Assembly (NCBI GenBank): GCA_964016885.1
Contig: OZ024751.1
Location: 1,116,001-1,180,000, forward strand
Source: Eledone cirrhosa
Taxonomy: Eukaryota
DNA length: 64,000 bases
Direction: 5' to 3'
In this document: one piece after another, positions 41,501-55,500 of the stretch
How positions within the stretch are numbered: position 1 is the stretch's first letter
Layout: each line of letters begins with the position of its first letter
The notes under the pieces: model-generated
Told to the model about the DNA's origin: nothing
What the model saw: the letters and a program-made list of their open reading frames with translations, nothing else
Database searches by the model: none
Translations under genes and position numbers: made by a program

Positions 41501-44500
41501 CACACAGTTGGATTGAAAAATGTTTAGAGATTTTCAAAATATCCCCCGTTGTCAGGAGGTTTTTGTCATTCAGTATGAAGACATGGAAAACGACACTCCT
41601 TTTGAATAGTGAAACAAAATCACTGGAAGCTGGAGAAGTTAATATTAATTGTAGAATTTTTCAGGGTGACTCTTTATCACCGCTTTTATTCTGCATCGCA
41701 CTTATACCATTAAGTAAAATGCTCAATGAAACAAAACATGTATATAAAGTCTATGACAAAACCATTAATCACCTGTTCTACATGGATGACCTGAAACTAT
41801 TTGCAAAAAATGATGAACAATTGCAAGGGCTATTATCCACTGTGAAGCAGTTCAGTGATGACATTAAAATGGAGTTTGGACTAGATAAATGCGCCCAAGC
41901 AACGTTCACCAGAGGAAAGCTGCTGAAGAGTTCAGACATTAATCTTGATCGGAGGAACGTGATAAGAGAACTTGATCAAGAAAAAACTTACAAATATCTA
42001 GGTGTTTGTGAAGGAGACGGAATCAAGCACTCGACAATGAGGGAAAGGATAAGGAAGGAATGTTACCGCAGAGTAAGAGCAATCTTAAGAACGGAATTGA
42101 ATGCAAGGAATAGGATCGATGCCATAAACACGCTTGCCATACCAGTAGTAACCTACAGTTACAATGTCATCAACTGGTCAAGCACAGAGATCCGTAGGCT
42201 CGATACAAAAATTCGAAAATTCTTAACCATGCACAGAATGCATCACCCTAAGGCAGATATAGATAGAATATATCTCCCTAGGAAAGAAGGAGGACGTGGG
42301 TTAATCCAGTTAGACATTGCGTTGAAAACTGCAACAATTGGATTATCTACATATCTAAGGGAATCACATGATTGGATGATCAAACTCGTTTTGAAACACG
42401 AAAGCATCAAAAGATCATATTCCATTACAAAAGATGCACAAAGATACAGTAATGGACTACAAATTTCAGAAGTCCCATTTACTGCTGAAATGGAAAACAC
42501 AGAAAAAGCAAAGCAGGTAAAAGTAACTGCAAAGAAAGAACTGCTACAGAAACTGGCTAAGAAATGGCACGAAAAGCCTCTGTATGGAAAATACCCAGAG
42601 CGAGCTAACAATCCTGATGTTGACAAAACTTTAACCCATCAGTGGTTGGCATCCTCTGGACTGAAATCGGAGACTGAAGGACTGATTATATCGGCACAAG
42701 ATCAGTGTCTGCCAACAAAAAATTACCAAGCCAACATAATAAAAAATGGGTGCAGCCCATTATGCCGTGTATGCAAAAAACAACCAGAGACCATTGACCA
42801 TATAATTTCAATGTGCAGTCCTATAGCTCCAACCGAATACCTAAACAGGCATGACAGAGCTGCACAATACATACATTGGATAATGTGTAAGCATTTTGAC
42901 CTGCCCCATCAAAAGAATTGGTGGGAGCCTCAACCACCTCCCATACTTGAAAAAGATCACATCTCAATCTTGTGGAACTTTAGCATCCAAACAGACCGAA
43001 AAATAGATGCAAATAGACCTGATATAATATTGAAGGACTTTCAAAAGAGGGTATGCCTGCTAATTGATATGTCTGTTCCAATAGACAAGAATGTATCTAT
43101 AAAAACATTTGAAAAATTGAGCAAGTATAAGGACCTGGAGATAGAAATTGGAAAAATGTGGAAATTGAGAACTAAAACAATACCAGTGGTTGTAGGCGCT
43201 CTGGGAATGATACCTAAGGGGTCTAATGATTACTTATCGCAAATCCCAGGAAACCCGCGTATAGGAGAAATACAAAAGATAGTACTAATGGGAACTGCCC
43301 ATATACTAAGGAAGATTCTGTCAATGTAAGTACATCACAAGTCTAAACACTAAAGATGCATGTGTGAATATGTATGTTCTTTCTTGAACATGGCGGACCT
43401 TGTTGTCTCTTGAGGTCTCTGGTTGTGACTTGGTGATAACTCGTATGAACATAAAGCAAGATAAACGGCGACCACACCTGATCACCGTCGAGGAAGAGGT
43501 GGAGATGTCGTAGCCTGAGCGCGTGCCTGCGCATCATCAGCCACGGCATGCCCAGCCCTCCACGTAGCGGGTGTTGACAACAGATGGACCGCCTGACCAT
43601 CGGAGCGCGTCCCTTCCACAAGAAGCGAAAGAACAAACGCTCCAGCGCAGTCAGGCGAGCCTTAGGACAAGGTACGACGGTCAGGCGGTAGCAGATGACA
43701 GACGCGATGTACGCGTTAGCCACCTCCGCTCGACCTTTCAGGGATAGCTTCCTCTCCGCCCATTTCTGGGTGAGAGAAGCCACCCTGCTCGTCACCTCGT
43801 CCCAGTTTTTGTCCGTCTGGAGGTCCGGACCGAACCAGACCCCTAGCAATTTAACCGGTCCGCCCAGCGTCCGACGACGCTGTTGGACGGCATGGACCTG
43901 CCTCTCCAGGTGCCGAGCTGCAGGCCCACTGACTTTTCCTGGTTGATCATTGCTCCTGTTACCGCTTCGTATTCTCTTAGTGTAGTGCCGATCGCTTCGA
44001 TGTGTTTGGCGTTCGACACCACTACGGTGACATCGTCGGCATATGCTGACACGGATCTTCCGCATCCTAGTTCTCGAGAGTCAATACGTACAAGAGGGAC
44101 GAGAGGGGACATCCTTGGCGGACCGAGCGCATGTTGAACGGTTCCGACAGGTGACCGTTCACTCTCACCACAGAGCAGATGTCGCTGTGCATGGCAGCGA
44201 TCCAGCCTCTGAAGACGGGCCCAAAGCCAGCCGCCCTCAGGACTGCCGCTAGGTAACGATAGTCGACCCTATCGAAAGCTTTCGACTGATCTAAATTGAT
44301 CAAGGACCCACCCGTGCCAGGTTCCCTAGCTACCCTCTCTACGATATATCGCATGAGGTGGAGGTTGTCGTGGATGGATCTGTCGGGAATGGCGCATGTC
44401 TGCGCCTCTCCCACCAGACCAACAACGACAAGCGCCAACCTCTTTGCTAGCACCTTGGCCAAAATCTTGAACTCTGTGTTTAGCAGAGTTATTGGCCGGA

Positions 44501-47500
44501 AATTATCTATGTTATCCCTCTTGTTCGGATCCTTTCTCAGCAGTGCCACCGCTCCTCGGCTCACAGAACTGGGAATTCTCCCGTTCTGTTGCCAGTTGCA
44601 GTAGACGTCCGCCAAGAGGCCTCCGAACAAGTCTGGCATCTGTACGTAAAGTTCATAGGGCAGACCATCCAAACCAGGCGATTTACCCCTTGTGCAGCCA
44701 GTCATTGCCTCCCTTACTTCAGCGGCTGTTATCGGCTTTTCGCAACACTTCGCCTCAGTGGCCGAGAGCCGCGGCAGTCCGTCGATGTAGACACTAAAGT
44801 CCATCCCTCGACCCGGCCCACCGCTGCCCCCGAACAGCTGAGCGAAGTGTCGCTGAAAAGCTTCACACATTTTCCCGGGATCGAGTAGCATGCGCCCGTC
44901 GTGTCCACCAAAGACCGGATCGTGGCTTTGTTGCCACGACGCGCCTCCGCCACTCGGGCCCATTGAACGGCTTTCGTCCCCTCGTGTCTGAGAGCACGCA
45001 CCCTTGCTCTGACAACGCAGCCTTCGTGCTTTGCATTGAAGAATTGGTCAAGGGCCAATTTCGCCGCAAGCACGTCGGTCGCAATGCCTTTGCTAAGCGC
45101 CTCCTCTAATTTTCTAACTAGTTCTCCCTCTGCTCTATTTTTCTCTATTGCTAAAGCCTTACTAAACCTAATGGATTCTATTCTAATCGCTCTTTTCAGA
45201 GCAAACCACCACTTGTTGTTGACGATGGCCCCCGTCAACGCCCGCTTAACTAGTTCGCTAATCCGGTCTCTGTAGGCCTTGCGCGCTGGTAAGGACGCGT
45301 TTAGCTTCCAGTAGCCGGGTCCTCGTCTATGAAGCCTATCTAAGTCAAGCACACAGATCACGAATTTGTGGTCCTTGTAGCTGACTATCTTGAATTGTGG
45401 ACAGCCTATGCTAGACCTATCTATTTCCCTACAAAATACTCTATCTAGATATGATCTGGATGACCCTATGCGATTTGTCCAAGTCCACATTGGTACATTC
45501 GGGAAATCCAATCGGTACCTGTCAGACAGTTCAAAACGCCTGAGCAGGTTGGTGAGGCTCTTGCACCCTCCACCCCTATCCGCTAATCCCACACAGTCCC
45601 AGCGTGCATCTAAGATCCCGTTCCAGTCGCCCACTAACACTAAAGAGCAGGACGTTCCAAGAAAGGTCTCCAGACGCCGGAAGAAATCAGGCCGCCCGGC
45701 TCCTGTCGGGGCATAGACGGCCACTAGCCCGAAAGCTTGCCCGTCTCCGCTGGTCACGTCCAGCACCACCAGCTTACCCTCTGGGTCCAGGAAGATGGCC
45801 CGTATGGCGAGATCCAAACCTCTCCGAAAAAGCACAGCAACTCCTTCCCCGATCCAGGACGGCTGGGAGATGCGTACACATCGTAGCCGCCGAAGATCGG
45901 TGCGAAGGCCCGTGCTTCGGAGATTCTGGTCTCGCTGATGACCACTACATCTATGTTTAGTGACCTGAGGTCGTTGAGCAGGTGACCCTGCTTCCATGAC
46001 GACCCCAAGCCACGCGCATTTATGCTGCCTATTCTGAGTGAGGTCATGTTTAAAATAGAGTGGAAAAGATGGGAAAGACCACTTACCGTACTTTTCGTAG
46101 AGGAGGGATGGTTTTACATCCCTTTTCACTTGATCGTCTGGTGAAGGGACCGTTGAATCGTCCCTTCGGCTGGTCGTCGGCTCTTCTATGAGTATGTCCG
46201 AATATACTCTTCGATTTATAGTTCCTCCTAGGTCCCTGAAATCACCAACTGCGTTGGTGTAATGTTTGTGTATTGTTTCTGTATCGTTTTAATGTTTGTG
46301 TATTGTTTCTGTGCTATTTTTAGCAGTCTTATGTTAGTTGGCGTTTTGATTGGTGCTGGTATTATGTAGTCGTGTTGTGAAATGTCTGTGTGTTCAATTA
46401 TGTAAGTCATTAGTTTCTTGTGTGTATTTATTGCCGTGCATTTGTTTTTCTGGGGGTGGGGTGTGGTTCTGCTATTTTCTTGTCGTTGTTGCTGGGTGTG
46501 TGTGTTTTGTTGTTGTGTTTGCGATGTTGGTGCTTGTGGTGGTGGTGTTGAAGGTGTTGTTGGCGGTGGGGTTGTCGCCGGTGGTGATGGTGGTGCTAGT
46601 GTGGGTGGTGATGGTGTTGGTGGTGTTGCTGCTGTGAGTCTCTTTGCAGTAGACTTTACCCTTTTCTCATTTCTTTCCTCCCTTTTCAAAGGCGACGATG
46701 CGCTGCTTCTGCGTTTGTGCCTTCTTACGACCTTTTGCCATCCCTCTCCCACGATACAAAATGCGTTTTGGTCGTGTAAACAGGTTTTAACAAGAAGATA
46801 GAAATGTGGAAAAACAAATAAAAAAAAATTCAAGCAACAAAAATTCCCCCGAAAGGGGAAACCTCCGAGGGTCACTTGTGGCGAAAACCACACAAAAGAT
46901 CATGGACACCCTGACCACCAGGGCAAGTGCCCTCTCTCAGTTTTCCCACTCCTCAGTCTACAGGCACATACTCAGAGCGGGCCCGTTTCGGACCAGACTC
47001 GCCACTTTCACCCACCTTTCAACAAACTTACCAGATGATAGCACTTGCCTCTCTACCCTGATTTTCTTCTTCAAGTGAAATTTGAAAACGTTAATCAGGG
47101 ATTTACCGAAGAGGAAAGTGTCTGTCTTTTCAATCCTTTCAACCTTGTCCACCATACAATCTCTTTCGCCATGGTCACCAGGCAGATGAAAACTGCCCGC
47201 CCTTCCTCCCCTTTAAAGGAGGATGGCGGGTTTATCTGCACAATGGACTCAGTCGATAACTGAATCCGTCCTACACATGACAGCAACTGTTTGAAATAGC
47301 TCCACAAGTCAGCAATGCTCGGACACTGAACGAGTGCGAGCACAATGGTTTCGTCACCCTGCGTGCATCTTGGACAGGTTCGGCTGACAGCACCTTCGTG
47401 CCTCTACAGCTTATTTCGAACCGGCAACGCTCTCCAGTAGCACTGCCAGGCCAGGGATTTCTGGAAGTTGTCCATGGGCCCCGGCCCGAAAGTTCTCCCG

Positions 47501-50500
47501 AAGAGATTGGCTAGTTGGTTTTCATCGACGCCTAGAGTCTCCCCAAGGACGTCGTTGCTCTTTCCCTCCACTAACCCTCTATAGAAAGCCAAGGTGGAGT
47601 TTCCAGCGATTGTATTGCTTGACTGGTCGAAGTTTGTAAGTGACTGAAGACATTCCAGTCTCCAAGCACTTCCTCTCGGTCTTCGCTTAACCCAGGACTG
47701 CAGCTCCACCAAGAAGACAAGCTGGGGAAACATGTGTCTAGCAAAGGACGACCACACCTGATCACCGTCGAGGAAGAGGTGGAGATGTCGTAGCCTGAGC
47801 ACATGTCTGCGCATCATCAGCCATGGCATGCCCAGCCCTCCGCGTAGCGCGTGTTGACAGCAGATAGACCGCCTGACCATCAGAGCATGTTCCTGCCACA
47901 AAAAGCGAAAGAGCAAGTTAGGCGAGGCTTAGGACAAGGCACGACGGTCAGGTCGTAGTAGATGACGGACGCGATGTACGCATTCGCCACCTCTGCTCGA
48001 CCTTTCAGGGATAGCTTCCTCTCAGTCCATTTCTGGGTGAGAGAAGCCACCTTGCTCGTGACCTCCCAGTTTTTGTCCGTCTGGAGGTCGGACTGAACCA
48101 GACCCTAGCAATTTACCCGGTCCGTCGGTCCAGCGCCCGATGACGCTGTTGGACGGCATGGACCTGCCTCTCCAGGTGTCGAGTTGCAGGCCTACTGAAT
48201 TTTCCTGGTTGATTATTGCTCCTGTCACTACCTTGTATTCTCTTAGTGTAGTGCCAATCGCCTCGATGTGTTTGGCATTCGACACCACTATGGTGACGTC
48301 GTCTGCATATGCTGACATGGTTCTTCTGCATTCTAGTTTGCGTGGGATCCCCCTCAATGTCTCCAGTTTGTGAAATAATGGCTCGAAAGTCAATATGTAC
48401 AACAAGGACGAGAGGGGACATCCTTGGCAGATAGAATGCATGATGTTGAATGGTTCCGAGAGGTGACCATTCACTCTCACCACAGAGCAGATGTCGCTGT
48501 GCATGGCAGCAATCCAGCCTCTGAAGACAGGGCCAAAGCCAGCTGCTCTTAGGACTGCTGCCAGATAATGATGGTCGACCCTATCGAAAGCTTTTGACTG
48601 ATCTAAATTGATCAAAGACCCACCTATGCAGGTTCCATAGCTACCCTCTCTACGATGTATCACATGAAGTGGAGGTTGTCGTGGATGGATCTATTTGGAA
48701 CGACAAGCGCCAACCTCTTTGCTAGTACCTTAGCCAAAATCTTGAAGTCTGTGTTTAGCAGAGTTATGGGCCTGAAATTTTCTGTTATCCCCCTTGTTCA
48801 GATCTTTTCTTAGCAGCGCCACCGCTCCTCGGCTCACAGAACTGGGAATTCTCCCATTCTGCTGCCAGTTGCAGTAGATGTTCGCCAAGAGGTCTTCGAA
48901 CAAGTCTGGCATATGTATGTAAAATTCGTAGGGCAGACCATCCAAACCAGGTGATTTACCCATTGTGCAGCTAGTCATTGCCTCCCGTACTTCAGCAGCT
49001 GTTATCAGCCTTTCGCAACACTTCGCCTCAGTGGCCGAGAACCGCAGCAGTCTGTCGAGGTAGGCACTGAAGGCCATTCAGCGATACGGCCCGCCACTGC
49101 CCCTGAACAGCTGATCAAAATGCTGCTGAAAAGCCGCACACATCTACCCAGGATCAAGGAGCATGCGCCCGTCATGGTTCACCAAAGACCGGATCGTGGC
49201 TTTGTTGCCACAACGCGCCTCCGCCACTCGGGCCCATTGAACGGCTTTCGCCCTCTCGTGTCTGAGACACGCACCTAGCTCTGACAACGCAGCCTTTGTG
49301 CTTAGCATTGAAAAATTGGACGAGAGATAATTTCGCCGCAAGCAGGTCGGTCATGATGCCTTTACTAAGCGCCTCATCTAATTTGCTAACTAGATTTCCT
49401 TCTGCTATATTTTTCTCTGTTACTAACGCCTTACTAAACCTAATGGGCTCTATTCTAATCGCTCTTTTGAGGGAAAACCACATTTGTTGTTGGCGATGGC
49501 CCCCGTCAACGCCCGCTTAACTAATTTGCTAATCCAGTCTCTGTAAGCCTTGCGCGCTGTTAACGATGCGTTTAGTTTCCAGTAGCTGGGTCCCTGTCTA
49601 TGAAATCTATCTAAGTCAACCACACACATCACGAATTTGTGGTCCGTGTAGACAACTATCTTTTATTGTGGACAGCCTATGCTAGACCTATCTATTTCCC
49701 TACAAAATACCCTATCTAGATATGATCTGGATGACCTGATGCGGTTTGTCCAAGTCCACATTGGCACATTCGGGAAATCCAACCGGTACCTGTCAGACAG
49801 GAAAACAAGTGAGAGGGGAAAAGTACAAAAATTACTTGGGGCTCTTTTTTAGGAAGGGAGTGGGTGATCCATCCCTCCGACCAGTGGCTGGTTTCTCCGT
49901 GAATATTATTTTAGTGATGTTCCCTCGGTAGTCTCCAATTGATGTGGAGAACATTTTTTTTAATGTCATGTAATTTTTTTGTGTGATTTGTATTATTTTT
50001 ATGTGTGTGAGGTGTGCAATTTTGGTGGACTGTACGTAATTTGTTTCTGTGGTGTTGAATGTAATTTAAAAGCTTTGTGTTGTCTGCTGTTGGGGTGTTG
50101 GTGCTTTCTGTGTTTTCTGTGGTGTTGTTGGAGGTGACGATGGGGTAGATGCTAATGGTGGTGGTGTTGGTGGTGGTGATGGTGCTGGTGTAGGTGGTTG
50201 TGGGGGTGTGGCTGTTGATGGTGGTGGAGGTGGGGTAGTTTTCATTTTTTTGGAGGGGGGGGGGGTTCTTTCTTCCTCTTTTTTTTTGAGGACGAAGGTA
50301 GGGAGTTCTTCCTTTTTTTGCTGGGATAGTTTTCCATTCTTCGGCCTCATCGCATTCCTTGTCCGATTTAGCTATATCAGGAAGGGGCATGCTTTCCATT
50401 GGTTCTGTGGGTGGTGGAAGAGATGGTGCTTTTGTTGTTGTGGATAGTGATTTCTTTTCTGCCACTGTGTTCTAGGTTTCTTTGTCCACTCCAGTCGCGG

Positions 50501-52456
50501 GGCACGGCGTGGGGAGAAGGGGCGGGTGCATGCCCGTTTTGGTGAGTTTGGTGCAGAATGCTTTAAGGTGCGTCTTGTCACTGCATCCATGACACCTTGG
50601 GCGCCTACCTTCGACAGTCACGGGTAGATGGCTGCCGTCGTCAAGGTCTATTACATCGGGGATGGCCTCGATGCTCTCATGGTTTGCTTGGATGATTAGC
50701 TCCAACCCCGACCCTGTCCAATTTTCCTGTCTTATTCGCGTTGAGCATAGTTGTTGAATCCTCAACGTCAGCGAGGACGGCCGCCGTCAACCACGCCATC
50801 TCCACTAAGGGCGGAACCTAGGCCACTCGAACCCTCACGACTCTCTGGCCGCAGTATCTGGGCATCATTATGATTTTGTCACTGCGGAGTGGCGCAATGG
50901 AGTGTGCTCTGGCTTCTTCTGGTGTAGCGAAGAGCACATCCACACTGCCATACCTCGATCCCCGGGCTATGTATGTTTTCTGTGCTCAGACGGCACCCAT
51001 AGCTCTTTGGACCTGTGACACCGTTGCGCGTTCGATTCGACACGATTTTGTTCCGATCGTGTGATAACTGACCAAACACAAAAGCTTGTTTCTTATTATA
51101 TCAGCTGGGCGGGTGAGACTTACCCTGTGTCCCGTCTTTTTAACCAAGACCTTTGCTTGTTTTATCTCTTCGTTAGTGATGTGTACTTGCTCAAAATTGT
51201 TTGTCGCTTTAGCGAAAGACGTGTTTGTTTTGATTTGTGTTGACTCTCACTAGTTTTGCCTTTGTTGTTGTTGCCGTCGTTGGTGTTTTTGTTTGTTCTT
51301 TTTTCCTCTGTGTTGCTGCTGTTATAGTTGTTGCTCCTTGGCTTCTTTATGGCTGTTGCTGTTGCTGTTGTTATTGTTGTTATTGGGGTGGCGGTGGTGT
51401 TTGACTTTTCTAACATAAGGGAAGTTTTTGTTGTAATTTGCACTACTGCTGCTACTGTTCCAGTGGCTGCTGTTGCTGTTGTCACCACCACTATCACTGT
51501 CGATGCTGCTGCTGTTTCTCTTGTTTTTTACTTTGCCTTGTGATTGGATGGAATCGGCTGTTCCACCCTCTGAACAACCCGCTGTTCCTCCCCGTGGACA
51601 ATTTTTTTTGTCCGCCATGTTTTTTTAAAAAACAAAATTTGGGGGGTACGATTGTAAATAAATACAAATTCAGCCCTCAAGGGCGCGAGATACAGTTAAA
51701 AAACCACCTCCTTTGAAAGGGTTCTTTAACTACACACCGATGTAAAAAATAACTATATAGAAATTTCGATAACTCATAAAAATTCAACTAAATTACTCTG
51801 CCATAATTACAGCCGTCTTGGAATAATAATAATAATTGTTTTTTTATTGGCCACAGATGGCACAGCATGGGACAGGATGATATAAAGTGGGTTTTGGCCA
51901 TGTAAAAAGGTTGTAACAAGAAGATAGAAATGTGTAAAAACAAATTAAAAAATTCAAGCAACAAAAATTCCCCAAAAAGAGGGAAACCTCCAGAGGTCAC
52001 TCTTGGCGAAGACCACACAAGAGACCATGGCCACCCTGACCACCAAGGCAAGCGTCCTCTCTCAGTTCCCCCACTCAGTCTACAGGCGCATACTCAGAGA
52101 AGGCCCGTTCACTCGGACCAGACTTGCCACTTTCACCCACCTTTCAGCAAACTTACTAGAAGACAGCACTTGCCTGATTTTCTTCTTCAAGTTTCAATTG
52201 AAGAAGTTAATCAGGGATTCGCTGGAGAGGAAAGTGTCCGTCTTTAATCCTTTCAACCTTGTCCACCACACAATCTATTTCTCCATTGCAACCAGGTAGA
52301 TGAAATCTGCCTGCCTTTCCTCCTCCTTAAAGGAGGATGGCGGGTCTATCTGCACAATGGACTCAGTCGATAACTGGATACGTCCTACATGCGACAGCAA
52401 CTGTTCGACATAATCCAACAAGTCAGTAATGCTGATAATAATAATTATTTCTACTG

Positions 52457-52511
<55 letters not shown>

Positions 52512-55500
52512 GCAATTGAGCAAGAATAAAGACCTGGAGATAGAGATTGGAAAAATGTGGAAGTTGAGAACTAAAATAATACCAGTGGTTGTAGGCGCTC
52601 TAAAGGGTCTGATGATTTCTTATCCCAAATCCCAGGAAATCCGCGTATAGAAGAAATACAAAACATAGGACTAATGGGCACAGCCCATATACTAAGGAAG
52701 ATTCTGTCAATATAAATACATCACAAGTGTTCTTTCTTGAACATGGTGGACCTTGTTATCTCTTGAGGTCACTGGTTGTGAGTTGGTGAACATAAAGCAA
52801 GATAAAAGAAAAAATAATAATGCTAATGATAATCATAATTACTATTATTATTGTGCAGGGTGAAAGACTGAACTTGTTAGCTACAAAGGAGGACTACAAC
52901 GTCACAGTGAATAGGCAAACATGCACGATTGTTTCCTTAAGCATCAACCAGCTTGAGTGCCGTTGGGATAGCGGAGATGTCGATTATGAAGCAGATTACA
53001 ATATCATGGTAAGACAATAAGATCAAACATATATAGGTTCAAATCCCATGGTCAATAATATATATATATATTTATATATATATATATATATATATGAGAC
53101 ATGGGCCTTGTGTGCAGAGGATCTGCGCAGACTGGAGAGGAACGAAGCTTGCATGCTCCGTCGGATGTGTCATAGTAATATACGTGAACGGCAAAGCATA
53201 AATGAACTAAGTGAGAAATTAGGAATAAGATGCTGTTTACTCAAGAGAAGACTACGTTGGTATGGTCACGTGATGCGCATGAAAGACGACAGCTGCATAA
53301 AAAAGTGCAAAGCGATCAAAATAGATGGAAGTTATGGAGTAGGTAGACCCAGAAAAACCTGGGACGATTTGATAAATTCCGACCTTACACACTTACACCT
53401 CTCCAAGACAATGTCACTGGACCGAGATCTTTGGCACTACGCAGTAATACAGAAGACCTGCCTTGCCTAAGTACAAAGCGAAACCTACAGTCAGTAGGCA
53501 CCTCCTAACCAAAAATACACCCCATCCCACTAACCCCCACCCCCATCTACACCACCCCTTTCTCTGTAAAGTTATGTTGGTGCCACAACATCCAGTCCTA
53601 AATAAATGAGGTCGTGTAGGTGTCAGGACAAAAAAACACAGTCCACGCTGTAATATGGCCGTGTAGGTAACATGGTAAAAACCTCCCAGTCCACACTGTA
53701 AATGTGGTTGGTGTTAGGAAGGGCATCCAGCCGTAGAAAACCCGCCAGACAGTCCTATACGAGCAAGACAGCCAATCTTGCTTAACGTGGGACAATTCCT
53801 GTCTAAACCCATGCTAGCGTGGAAGATAGACGTTAAACGATGATGATGATGATGATGATATATAGTAAAACACTTTCACACCCACCCACATATGGCGGAT
53901 TAAACAGGGATTTCGAGACTAGAAATAGATAGTAACTTAACCAATACCATGCTAGTCGCTCTGCAACGATCAATTGACTCTCTGAAACGATTGTAAAACA
54001 ATGAACTAACTATCTTAGCAATATATCTGTATTAGCAATATATATATATATATATATCAGTGGAAAGCAGGGCATGCAGTCTAATCGTCATGGCGGAATG
54101 TGGGGCTGTGCAGCCTTATGCCCCCTCCAAATTCCCTCTAAATGACCCTCCCGGTCAAAGCCGCATGTAGTGTTATCTTGTGTGTGTGTGTGTGTTATCT
54201 TTTTATGTGTCTACAATTTAGTAAGCAGTCAAAATTCTGCTTGCTTCAACCGACGCAATTGATCAACTCAAGATTCTATAACGCATGCACTACATGCGTT
54301 GCATGCACGGATCCTTCGCCCCTGATATATATATATATTCATTGTTTTGCGATCGTTTCAGAGGGTCGATTGATTGTTGAAGATCGACTAGCATGGTATT
54401 AGTTAAGTTACTATCTATTTCTAATCTTGAAATCCCTGTTTAATCCACCATATGTGGGTGTGTGTGAAAGTGTTTTATTATATATATCATATATATATAT
54501 ATATTATTGACTGACGTAAGAAAGAGTACTCAATACTGAAGTAGCATTTAAATATTCTTTATTATGGCTATACTGGAGTTTTACCCATGCACAGGTAAAA
54601 CTTAGTCATAATAAAGGATATATATATATATACACAGACAGACACATATGGTAATGTAATAATAAATGTGAGGACTAAAACCCGTAGAGCAAATATTTAT
54701 TATAAGTACAGATTAAAATTTAAGCAAAGAATCGCTACTTTTACCTTTTACAGGATCTTCTGAAATACACACACACACACACATATACATATACATATAT
54801 ATATATATATATATATTATATATACCCATGCATATTGAGATATGGCCTGTCTTTATACATTGAAACATATGTAGAATGTTGTAAGTCTTGATTACTCTCT
54901 CTCAATTTACTAACTATATATATATATGTATATGTGTATGTATGTGTATAATATATATGTATATATATTATATATACATATATATAAATAAAGTGAAATG
55001 ACAGGAGGCCAAATATGCTGAATTTCCTTAATTTTTAATTATTGTAAACACTATGCACATTACAGTAGCCAGGTTGTGTAATAACGCGGTGATCTCATCA
55101 GATGTAAATTGCGTAATATATATATAATCTATCACAATTTCATTAATGTTTGCTTTACGTTTCTCTGTTTCACAGATCACTCTTCAATGTCTACCATCTC
55201 CCCTTGAAGGACAACCAATACTAGCGATGAAATCAACATTACATATCATTGCAATATTCCTTATTGGTATATTGATCATATTCATAGTCAGTTTGGTGTT
55301 CATCAAATATAGGGAGATCCAGAAAAAAATATATCCAATCGACTCTTATCTTTTGGAAAATGGTAAAGGATTATAATTTTATTTTTATTGGGGTGGCGGA
55401 TAATATTTATTTCATTTAAGTTCTTCCTCTCGAAGGTGATGGAGCAGTATACTGAATGCTTTACAATAGATAGAGCCATTGTACAAACGGCTGCACTACA

